A stretch of DNA of 42,212 nucleotides from Nemertoderma westbladi (Eukaryota; Animalia; Xenacoelomorpha): positions 1 through 42,212 of the forward strand of contig JAUCBJ010000387.1 of the NCBI GenBank assembly GCA_032718475.1, given 5' to 3'. The translations under genes and the position numbers were made by a program. Below the pieces are notes generated by a model that was given only the letters and a program-made list of their open reading frames with translations, ran no database searches and had not been told where the DNA came from. This document shows, in pieces, positions 1-10,200 of the stretch. Positions within the stretch are counted from its first letter, which is position 1, and every line of letters begins with the position of its first letter.

Positions 1-1
1 A

Positions 2-1141
2 GCACTCGATGAGGAATCTAAGTTTCTCTCCATTAGATAGTACAGAGTTCTGAATGTTATCTTTATAATATTCATTAAAAGGTAACCATTTCATCTCATC
101 TCCATTGAACTTGACGATCTCTCCCACCTTTACCGCTTGCCGGGCTTCGGTTCTAGCCATTTGACGCGTAAAACTTTCTTGAGCCATCGTATTATTGAAT
201 ATAGAATTATCGGTATATAAGTTTCTCGGATTATTATCAAGTCTAGATGAGATATCATTATCAACAGGTTTATAATTACCCTTAATAGGGTTCACTATAG
301 GAGTTTCTATTTCGCTAGCAGTATAGATGCGTGTAGGCTCCACACCTTGCGCATGGGATACTTCAGACCTAACGGGTTGACACATTGTTACAGGGGGTGG
401 TGGTATACCCTTTTGTAAATTGACTAATTTATCGCATTCTAACGCGATACTTTGCTGCACCTTTTGCAACTCTAACCTACTTTCCCTTACTGTTCCCTTG
501 AGCTGCTGAACAGTCTCTTCCATTTCCCGGACCTGCTGAGAGGAGCACAAACAGTGTTCCCTCAGCTGCTCGAGCAGGAGACCCATCTCCCGTCGTCCCT
601 CAGCTACCCACTCAACCGCCGAAGCGGGAGTCGCCAACGTTGTAGCGGGCGAGCGAGAGACGACGGGCGATAAATTCTTAATATATCGCTCGGCGTCCAG
701 GATGGGTTCGGACTCGGGAACAGTCCTACTGGGCACAGGTAGTTTCGTGCTGTGCAAAGGGAATCTAGAGGTGGTTTCTGGGAGCACAGGTGTCTCTAGC
801 ACCGAAGGGGTGTCTTCGAGAACAGGCCTAATTATTTCAGGCTCATCTGTTATAGTAGGGAGTCTTTCTACTGTAATAATTTGGTCTGTGGGTTCTGTAC
901 CACAGAGAGTTCTGTAATACGCTAGATAGTCTGCACTATCCAGATGCATTCTCACCTCAGGAGGTACCCTCCGCTTGAGCATCCGTCTACGTCCGCTTGA
1001 ACGAGATTTATTACCTCTACCTTCGGGATCTCTTATATCACCTTCATCGGAGGAGGCAAATCCCTGTCTTCTGATTTGTCTCCTCAAGTCTGCTTCTGCC
1101 ACTGCCTCTGCCGCTTTTCTTTCCGCTTCTGCTGTTGCCAT
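2..1141 (-). CDS. gag: BEL/Pao retrotransposon gag, N-terminal part (runs off the window); coiled-coil region then DUF1759-like motif
   Basis: Open frame from ATG at 1141 (MATAEAERKAAEAVAEADLRRQ...) to the window edge, ending ...GEIVKFNGDEMKWLPFNEYYKDNIQNSVLSNGEKLRFLIEC. This fits the BEL/Pao gag DUF1759 pattern (P.FdGd...W..F...F...I.....LS..EK..YL). It is absent from the ORF track, presumably because it has no stop in the window. Confidence 0.8.
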   Translation of the reverse strand, partial: MATAEAERKAAEAVAEADLRRQIRRQGFASSDEGDIRDPEGRGNKSRSSGRRRMLKRRVPPEVRMHLDSADYLAYYRTLCGTEPTDQIITVERLPTITDEPEIIRPVLEDTPSVLETPVLPETTSRFPLHSTKLPVPSRTVPESEPILDAERYIKNLSPVVSRSPATTLATPASAVEWVAEGRREMGLLLEQLREHCLCSSQQVREMEETVQQLKGTVRESRLELQKVQQSIALECDKLVNLQKGIPPPPVTMCQPVRSEVSHAQGVEPTRIYTASEIETPIVNPIKGNYKPVDNDISSRLDNNPRNLYTDNSIFNNTMAQESFTRQMARTEARQAVKVGEIVKFNGDEMKWLPFNEYYKDNIQNSVLSNGEKLRFLIEC

Positions 1142-1299
1142 TGCCTCTGCCACCTTCCTTTCAAGACACTGTCCAAGTCTAATTTTGTTTGTACAGTTGA
1201 ATGCCTACTGCTATATTACAGTTAAAGCAAGTCTAGTAATTCAGTATCACTGCTAGCCTAGTAATTAATTACCGATACTGCTACTCAGTGTAGCGTGAT

Positions 1300-1690
1300 A
1301 TATATAATATATTAGAATACCGGTATGCTTATAGTATATATAAGTATTATTACAGACTAGGTTTATCACAGAATACCGGTATAATTTTAGCACAAATATA
1401 TATAAATATATAATAGGCCTATCGGGAATACCGGTATACAGCTTACAGTTTGTAGTATATATAATTCTGGACTAGAATTAATTACAAGTACCGGTATAAT
1501 TTCAGCCTAAATTTATAGAAATAAAGATAATAGGCCTATCGTAAATACCGGTATGCAGTTTACACTTATAGTGTATATATATAAGTATAATTACAAACTA
1601 GAATTAATTACAGAATACCGGTATGATTTCAACCTAAAATTTATAGAAATAAATATAATAAGCCTATTGTAAATACCGGTATATCAATTA
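1300..1690. repeat. Degenerate ~58-bp tandem repeat with palindromic TACCGGTA core (7 copies) in the BEL leader
   Basis: TACCGGTA at 1318, 1374, 1429, 1489, 1546, 1616 and 1674, with similar AT-rich flanks. Confidence 0.8.
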
Positions 1691-2619
1691 TTTTAAATAA
1701 CTGAATTTCTGAATTTTAAGGGTTACTTGGTTACTTTACTTACTTTATTACCGTTATTTGAGCAGTAGTCCAACTGATATGGAGACCTAATTGTTGTATG
1801 GCAGGCCTACTATTTATAAATCGTTTGAGTTGATTTATAATATATATATACCCGTTTTAATGGGTTTTGTCAATGTTTGAAATAAATGTTATTATTTCTG
1901 GGGAGTAATCACTACACAAAGCGGTGCGCTTTCAGTGAAGTGTTACTTATAGGACACTAAAACAAATAATTCTAATTTACCTAAGTTACTTAATACTACA
2001 AATTACGTACGATTCGGGTTGAGATTACAATCTCTAAATAAACACAAAAATTTACAAAAAACACAAAATACGAATTTTCAGGGTAATTTTACAAGAAGTC
2101 TACAAACCAGCCTAACAAAGGGTTAGAATCTGGTTATTACAACGGACAGGGTACTACGGTATTTGAAATAATAAGTAATAGTAAATACACTGCGTTGTCT
2201 AGATAGGAAATACCACCGCCTGACGACCTATAGCCGTATCGCTATAGGTACTACGTTATGTATCACGGAGTGTTCTTACCTAGAAGTTAATAGAGCTAAC
2301 GAACGTGCCTATTAACCACTTTACAACACAAATATAATGCCTACACTAATTACTTTCGGAAAGCACTGTACACTAAACCCTAAATTAGGTACGAGTACTT
2401 GTACAACAGATAATCAGTAGTTAAATATACTTGAACAGCCAAAAGAACCACGGTATCTGCTGGAGTGACCGGTGCACAAAATCACCAGTCTTTACCTACG
2501 CCAAGCAGCCCGTATAGTACCGGGGTTAGTTTAACTATAACGGTATGTATAACAAACACAATTACTGTAGGAATAAACTTGGGGATATGAATGTTGCGAA
2601 TAATCGCATAAACTCTGAA

Positions 2620-3190
2620 TAATAAATATTACGCTACGCGTACAAACCATTCAAACAAAATGCAGACCAAATACTGACAGACTACTATCAAGCCTAAATA
2701 AACTACAGGACATGCAGACTCCGAAATGATTAGGTAGTATGCGTTCTAACCCAGTAGCACGACTTATTCTTTAGTTGGGGGTTTACCTTACAGCTTTGGC
2801 TGCCCCTACTTCCTAACCGTTCTTTATCGGACAGAGGCTCTACACACACTGCAATCCGTTCAGACCTAATAACAGCCAGACAACTATCCAGCCTACAAAT
2901 TATCTAAATAAATATTATACGCTACCCGTACAGACTTACACAATCAAAGTACAGACTAAACAATGGCAGACTACTCTCAAGCCCAAATAAACTACAGGAC
3001 ATGCAGACTCCGAAATGATTAGGTAGTATGCGTTCTAACCCAGTAGTACGACTTATTCTTTAGTTGGGGGTTTACCTTACAGTATTTGCTGCCCCTACTT
3101 CCTAACCGTTCTTTATCGGACAGATGATCTACACACACTGCAATCCGTTCAGACTTAACAACAATCAGACAACAGCTCAGCCCACAAATT
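2620..3190. repeat. Two-copy ~289-bp direct duplication in the BEL leader
   Basis: GGACATGCAGACTCCGAAATGATTAGG at 2708 and 2997 (offset 289), near-identical over about 200 bp. Confidence 0.9.
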
Positions 3191-3364
3191 GTCTGTACAA
3201 TCTGTTCAGGCTTACACGCCTTCTGTTCAATACTGGCCTACAAACAAATAAAACTTGACAGAAATAAGTAAAAATCTCAATAAAAAACCAGGGCGGCCGT
3301 TCCCTGATTAAGTACTAAGACCTACCGGTATATAATTATCAAATTCGAATAATACTAATGTACT

Positions 3365-3520
3365 TATACTGGAAGTACCGGTTAGGACAGTTGGGCCTAC
3401 GGACCTACAGAAGTACCGGTTCTGGCAGTTGGACCTACGGGCCTACAGCAGTACCGGTTCTGGCAGTTGGGCCTACTGACCTACAGATGTACCGTTCAGG
3501 TTTACCGGTTGACCGGTACT
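3365..3520. repeat. Short degenerate tandem repeat (GTACCGGTT..CAGTTGGGCCTAC..ACCTACAG), ~4 copies
   Basis: Recurrence about every 39 bp of GTACCGGTT plus CAGTTGG(G/A)CCTAC. Confidence 0.7.
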
Positions 3521-4788
3521 TTCAACTTTATTGCTTACTGCAATAAAGAAGCATATATCCGTTATTGTTCGCGCTTTCAGACCTTTGGCAGTTTAACCCG
3601 CCAAATTAGGATGTCTTCTAGATAATAAATCGCTTTAGCCTCTAACAAGTATTTGATTCACTACACTAGTTGAAACCAATCTGTGCGCGATCATTCACCC
3701 GTTGGATATACCCGGGAGATTGATTTCGACAGCTTAATCGTATTGCTATGTAAGCCTAATGTATTATTCGACTGACAGTATTATATAATCTCTGACAATA
3801 TTATTCACATTCGGGGAATATTAACAGTTCCTTTAGGACGTGGCGCTCTATCTATATAAACAGAGTTATGACTTAAACTACTCACAACGATATGGCTTAG
3901 TTACAATTCACATATATGGCGCATTCTTTAGGAAATGCTTCGTTATCAGTCTCACTCATACACAATGCTGCACAATACTGCACACTAATCTGCCGATCTT
4001 CACTGATTTTAGTCACATATAAAAGGAACACGGACCGAATCATGTAGGGTCTATCAAATAACATTAGATTCACTTCAAACCACTTTAACATAAGTCACAA
4101 TTGTTATATGTAACCCTTCTCTCTTACCTTCGGTATATCAAGAATATTGGGTTTCGGGGTTATTTATCGTTATTCCAAATATAATAATTCATCAACCATA
4201 TTATGAAGAACTGACAGTAAATAGCAGTATAACAATATAAAGTATGCACAGGTTGTTTGATTAGGTATGGTATGTTATGTTGTGATAAATGCAGATAACG
4301 GATATATGTCCTTATAATTAAGCCTACTAGTGTAGGGCTAAAGCCGTTCTTCCTGGCTTAGAATCACCAACAACACTAAAAACTGATAAGAATAACTATA
4401 AGAATACCAGCTACCCTTATTCTACAAAGATCTCACCCACCACAGAGAATGAGCATACAGATAGGAAATTCAGTTCAGTAGATCTGTGATAGGTCAAAAT
4501 CAAAACCAACTCAAATCCTATTGGCAGATACAGAAGGCAGGGCTATGGGGCAACGTGGCAATATCAGCCGTTAGCCGTCGTCATGGTAGCGACACTGTTT
4601 TCAAGAGTATCGAGCTTTTACGTCACGAAATTGCAGATTATGTCCTCTAAAGTACAAATACAGAAGAAATGGCTTTTATGTCCTCTAAAACACCAGTACA
4701 GCAAGGACACGGCCTTTTTATGCCTGGTAAACCAACCACAGAGTACTTTACGGGGATAATAACCGGCTAATTACGCAAAAGCTTTTAC

Positions 4789-7100
4789 AATCAGTTAAGA
4801 TGCACGAGTTTTTGTATTGTTTCAGCTAACTTTCCGTGCGTGGGTCCAGCCACACTGAATAATCAGTTAAGATGCACGAGTTTTTGTATTGTTTCAGCTA
4901 ACTTTCCGTGCGTGGGTCCAGCCACACTGAATAATCAGTTAAGATGCACGAGTTTTTGTATTGTTTCAGCTAACTTTCCGTGCGTGGGTCCAGCCACACT
5001 GAATAATCAGTTAAGATGCACGAGTTTTTGTATTGTTTCAGCTAAATTTCCGTGCGTGGGTCCAGCCACACTGAATAATCAGTTAAGATGCACGAGTTTT
5101 TGTATTGTTTCAGCTAACTTTCCGTGCCTGGGTCCAGTCACACTGAATAATCAGTTAAGATGCACGAGTTTTTGTATTGTTTCAGCTAACTTTCCGTGCG
5201 TGGATCCAGCTGCACTGAATAATCAGTTAAGATACACGAGTTTCTGTAATGTTTCAGCTAACTTTCCGTGCGTGGGTCCAGCCACACTGAATAATCAGTT
5301 AAGATACACAAGTTTCTGTAATGTTTCAGCTAACTTTCCGTGCGTGGATCCAGCTGCACTGAATAATCAGTTAAGATACACGAGTTTCTGTAATGTTTCA
5401 GCTAACTTTCCGTGCGTGGGTCCAGCCACACTGAATAATCAGTTAAGATGCACGAGTTTTTGTATTGTTTCAGCTAACTTTCCGTGCGTGGGTCCAGCCA
5501 CACTGAATAATCAGTTAAGATGCACGAGTTTTTGTATTGTTTCAGCTAACTTTCCGTGCGTGGGTCCAGCCACACTGAATAATCAGTTAAGATGCACGAG
5601 TTTTTGTATTGTTTCAGCTAACTTTCCGTGCGTGGGTCCAGCCACACTGAATAATCAGTTAAGATGCACGAGTTTTTGTATTGTTTCAGCTAACTTTCTA
5701 TGCGTGGATCCAGCTGCACTGAATAATCAGTTAAGATACACGAGTTTCTGTAATGTTTCAGCTAACTTTCCGTGCGTGGGTCCAGCCACACTGAATAATC
5801 AGTTAAGATGCACGAGTTTTTGTATTGTTTCAGCTAACTTTCTATGCGTGGATCCAGCTGCACTGAATAATCAGTTAAGATACACGAGTTTCTGTAATGT
5901 TTCAGCTAACTTTCCGTGTGTGGGTCCAGCCACACTGAATAATCAGTTAAGATGCACGAGTTTCTGTATTGTATCAGCTAACTTTCTATGCGTGGATCCA
6001 GCTGCACTGAATAATCAGTTAAGATACACGAGTTTCTGTAATGTTTCAGCTAACTTTCCGTGCGTGGGTCCAGCCACACTGAATAATCAGTTAAGATACA
6101 CGAGTTTCTGTAATGTTTCAGCTAACTTTCCGTGCGTGGGTCCAGCCACACTGAATAATCAGTTAAGATACACGAGTTTCTGTAATGTTTCAGCTAACTT
6201 TCCGTGCGTGGATCCAGCTGCACTGAATAATCAGTTAAGATACACGAGTTTCTGTAATGTTTCAGCTAACTTTCCGTGCGTGGGTCTAGCCACACTGAAT
6301 AATCAGTTAAGATGCACGAGTTTTTGTATTGTTTCAGCTAACTTTCTATGCGTGGGTCCAGCTGCACTGAATAATCAGTTAAGATACACGAGTTTCTGTA
6401 ATGTTTCAGCTAACTTTCTGTGCGTGGATCCAGCTGCACTGAATAATCAGTTAAGATACACGAGTTTCTGTAATGTTTCAGCTAACTTTCCGTGCGTGGG
6501 TCCAGCCACACTGAATAATCAGTTAAGATACACGAGTTTCGGTATTGTTTCAGCTAACTTTCTATGCGTGGATCCAGCTGCACTGAATAATCAGTTCAGA
6601 TACACGAGTTTTTGTATTGTTTCAGCTAACTTTCTGTGCGTGGATCCAGCCACACTGAATAATCAGTTAAGATACACGACTTTTTGTATTGTTTCAGCTA
6701 ACTTTCTGTGCGTGGATCCAGCTGCACTGAATAATCAGTTAAGATACACGAGTTTCTGTATTGTTTCAGCAAACTTTCTGTGCGGGGATCCAGCTGCACT
6801 GAATAATCAGTTCAGATACACGAGTTTTTGTATTGTTTCAGCTAACTTTCTGTGCGTGGATCCAGCTGCACTGAATAATCAGTTCAGATACACGAGTTTT
6901 TGTATTGTTTCAGCTAACTTTCTGTGCGTGGATCCAGCCACACTTAATAATCAGTTAAGATACACGAGTTTTTGTATTGTTTCAGCTAACTTTCTGTGCG
7001 TGGATCCAGCTGCACTGAATAATCAGTTAAGATACACGAGTTTCTGTATTGTTTCAGCTAACTTTCCGTGCGTGGATCCGGCTGCACTGAACAACCAGTT
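4789..7100 (+). repeat. 72-bp minisatellite, 32 copies; each copy is a 3' splice site plus the first ~43 nt of the downstream exon
   Basis: Unit AATCAGTTAAGATGCACGAGTTTTTGTATTGTTTCAG|CTAACTTTCCGTGCGTGGGTCCAGCCACACTGAAT. First acceptor AG at 4824-25, last at 7056-57 (31 x 72 apart). The last copy runs into unique coding sequence. Confidence 0.95.
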
Positions 7101-7283
7101 GCGAGGCGGCGGCGAGGGTATGAAACTTTGCAACCCACGAGCTGGACCAGACTGCCGGGATGACGCAAGTCAGTTTCTCCACTACAAACAGGCTGTTATT
7201 CCCCTCACACAGTCCAGCAGCAATCCTTATCTAACCAATGTCGGTACATTTCCGAATCTTATAGACAACGTCATATCGTTAAA
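7058..7283 (+). CDS. Visible exon 1 (NFPCVDPAALNNQLRGGGEGMKLC...YLTNVGTFPNLIDNVISLK)
   Basis: gtttcag acceptor, AA|gttagt donor; phase 2 joins the next exon (AA+A = Lys). Confidence 0.8.
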
Positions 7284-10200
7284 GTTAGTACAAAATACAT
7301 GTTTGAGTGCATAATTCCTGAAACAGCTATGGTCTCAAAACAAAGTAGGTACAAAAAGTGGATTTCAAGAAATACAACATGAAACGTAATTATCATCAAA
7401 TTTACTTAATATAATTAGCCACGTGTTTTTAGAAATATTATGACAGAAGCTTGAATGTCAATTTTGTTTCAGCAATAATTTCATTAATCAGGCAATTTAA
7501 CCCGTGGCTATAATAATATTTGAAGTATCAAAAGTTTTGTTGTAGCAGAGCGTGGTTTCGATCCACGGACCTCTGGGTTATGGGCCCAGCACGCTTCCAC
7601 TGCGCCACTCTGCTATGTGAAGGTTAAGGGTAATTCTAAGTATAATAATACATCTAATACTTTAATTTGTATTACATTACAACTCCAGACGATTGGGGGA
7701 CATTAGTGCCCGCCCGAGACGTTGTGCCCGGGAACCATAGAAACTAAAATAAAGAGCCTTGCCTTAATAAAATCACTTTTTAAAGCTATAAAATTTATAA
7801 AAACATAAAGTACCTAAAAAAAATCTAGCTACCATGAAATTTTGTTTACTTGCAATTTTTTTTTTACTTGCCATATCGATATTTTTCAACACTCGATATT
7901 TTTACTCGCAATATTTTTACTCTCGATATTTTTACTCGCGATATTTTTATTCTCGATAATTTTACTCGCGATGTTTTTATTCTCGATAATTTTACTCGCG
8001 ATGTTATTACTCTCGATAGCTTTACTTTCGATATTTTTAATCGAGATATTATTTCTCGCGATATTTTTACTCGAGATATATTTTACTCTCAATTTTATCG
8101 ATATTTTTAATCTCGCGATGTTTATCAACACACAATATTTTTACTCTCTAGATTTTTACTCGCTATTTTTTTTTACTCTCGTTTTTTTTTACTTTCGATA
8201 TTTTTACTGTGAATGCAGTATAGCTCTCTCAGTGTCCTCCTGCCAGTATGTGTCTAGAGATTTCCATTTCGCTTATTGAACTGGGTCCCAGCCGAGAACA
8301 ACCCATTTCCAGAGATGGATTCCTGAACATGGTCGGCTGAAGATTTCTGTTAACACTATCGCTATAGACCCATGGTGATGTTGAGAACCGAAGGAGACTG
8401 GCATTAAGTCTCCCAGGAATGTTATGAATGCATGCTGATCCACTCCATCAGTAGCCATTCTTCCAGAACATGAGAAGTGTCAACGGATGATGCGGTTAGA
8501 GATTTGGTCTTTTTTGACCAATGCTGCATTTGCAGTTGGATTCATCAATAGACCAATTCCACCATTGCCACTATCATCTGCTGATGCGAGGGAAAGTCGC
8601 CAACCGCCCCTCATGACCTTCAGAACCTCATCAGTCTGTCCAGTCTGCACTCGGTGCTCTTGAATACCCACGGCGCTAAGATAAAGCAGATCTGCTAATG
8701 CAGTCAGCTCACCTTGTCGCATTGGGGACCCGAGGGTATTAACTGAGGCTAGTCTAGTGACTTGCCTCAGATTCACCAATGGCTTTGTTGGTCGGGGTGG
8801 AACATGAGAGTAGCCTCCAACTCCAGAATCCCTCTCCCCCTCACAATCTCTCCCTCCCTGGTGACCCAGGGTTTGGGCCAGAAAGGTCATGAGGAAAGGG
8901 ACTCACAGAATTGTTGGCCGCTCTCTTTCCAGTAGGTTGTAAGACAGGCAGCCGGTCAGAAGATAACTGACGCCTGTGAGGTCTATTGTGTTCAGTAATT
9001 CTACTGGCCTCTAGTGGCCGGACCTCCGCATTACTAATGTAATCCATAGCGGGGGTTTGGGGGTGCTTTATTGCCGAATCAGCTGCGGGGCTAATACCAC
9101 ACCCTGGTTTTCCATTCCACAGGGCGGGTGTCGTAGTTGAGTCAGATATGGCCCACGTTTGGCTATGTAGCTCGTCTGTTGGTCCATGCCTTGTACCAGC
9201 CATTGTAGATTACCATATGCCTGCTCAGGTCATATTCCCTTGCATCCGAGTATATGGTCCCTTAACTAAGGACCAAGGGCGTCCATATCCCAGAACGAAG
9301 GGGGTCCTAGCTACAGGTCTACATTATTCCCTTAGTAAGAGGGTCTATGCAGCCACAGGTGGCACCTCCTTTATGCTGCATGGATGTGGTAGGTTTTCTG
9401 GATCAATGACCATTCATAATGACCCAGAAGTATTAAGACTGCAAGGATTTACACAGGCATCATTGAAATATTTAGTTGCATCACTTATCACTATTGTATC
9501 ATAGAATCACTCGTCCTCGGTCCTCTGCCCATTGGAGCAGGTTGCTTCTAGTGTTGGTCTTTTTGTAAACTCCAAGAAGACCAAAATCATGACTTGCGAA
9601 CCTAGATAGCCCTCAAGAAATGTCTGATCGTAAGGGCATAAGCTCTATGCACGGCTTGCTTGAGCAGGTGGATGACTTCTGCTACTTGGGATCATTGATC
9701 CGAAAGTCAGGTGAACCCCTTCGGATAGGTAAGGGGAAGGCATGGGCAGCATTAAATAGTCTGTCCAGGATTTGAAAGTCCATTGAATAAAACGGAATCT
9801 TATGCTTCGATTATTTATGGCTGTACTGTAGTAGTACCAGTACTCTTATATGGGAGTCCATGCTGGGCTCTAACTGCAGAGGATACCAACTCTCTGGGTG
9901 GCACTTTCACAAGAATGCTCATTGTTCATTGTCTCATGTACAATGAATACATCTCCAATCAGACTCTATACAACATTGGAAGTGTTCCATTGCTTTCCTC
10001 TAGCTTTACAGTTCAACGGAACAGCCTCCGCTTTATACGACATTGCTTTCGCCGTGAGGACCAGCCAGTGCATAACCCTGTGCTTTGGCGGTCTCATGGA
10101 GTGAATAAGCATGGTGAACAGCCCATGACTTTCTTGAGACGTATCTTAAAGGACACTGGCCTTGAAGATGCGGATGATCTAGCAAATGTGAGGGAGATGT

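Larger units (their letters stand above)
1..4594 (-). mobile_element. 5' portion of a BEL/Pao LTR retrotransposon (candidate 5' LTR ~4109-4594, ~3 kb leader, gag)
   Basis: gag as above. The minus strand starts TGTCGCTACCATG at 4594 and a possible ...GGGTTACA end lies at 4109. LTR limits are tentative: the partner LTR is outside the window and no clear PBS was seen. Confidence 0.55.

Noticed and set aside
2532-2544. TAACTATAACGGT, resembling an LSU rRNA / I-CeuI site
   Set aside because: Only 13 nt match and the flanks are not rRNA-like.
4789-7057. Micro-exon series (40-nt exon plus 32-nt GTTAAG...CAG intron)
   Set aside because: 40 nt does not preserve frame, and such introns are far shorter than the other introns in this gene (>=111 nt).
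4840-7314. 824-aa ORF as a stand-alone repeat-protein gene
   Set aside because: It starts at GTG inside a repeat, about 40% of each unit is intron-like pyrimidine tract, and the unique tail is a spliced exon of the larger gene.
7842-8279. Hydrophobic membrane-protein-like ORFs
   Set aside because: They are translations of the 15-bp minisatellite in several frames.
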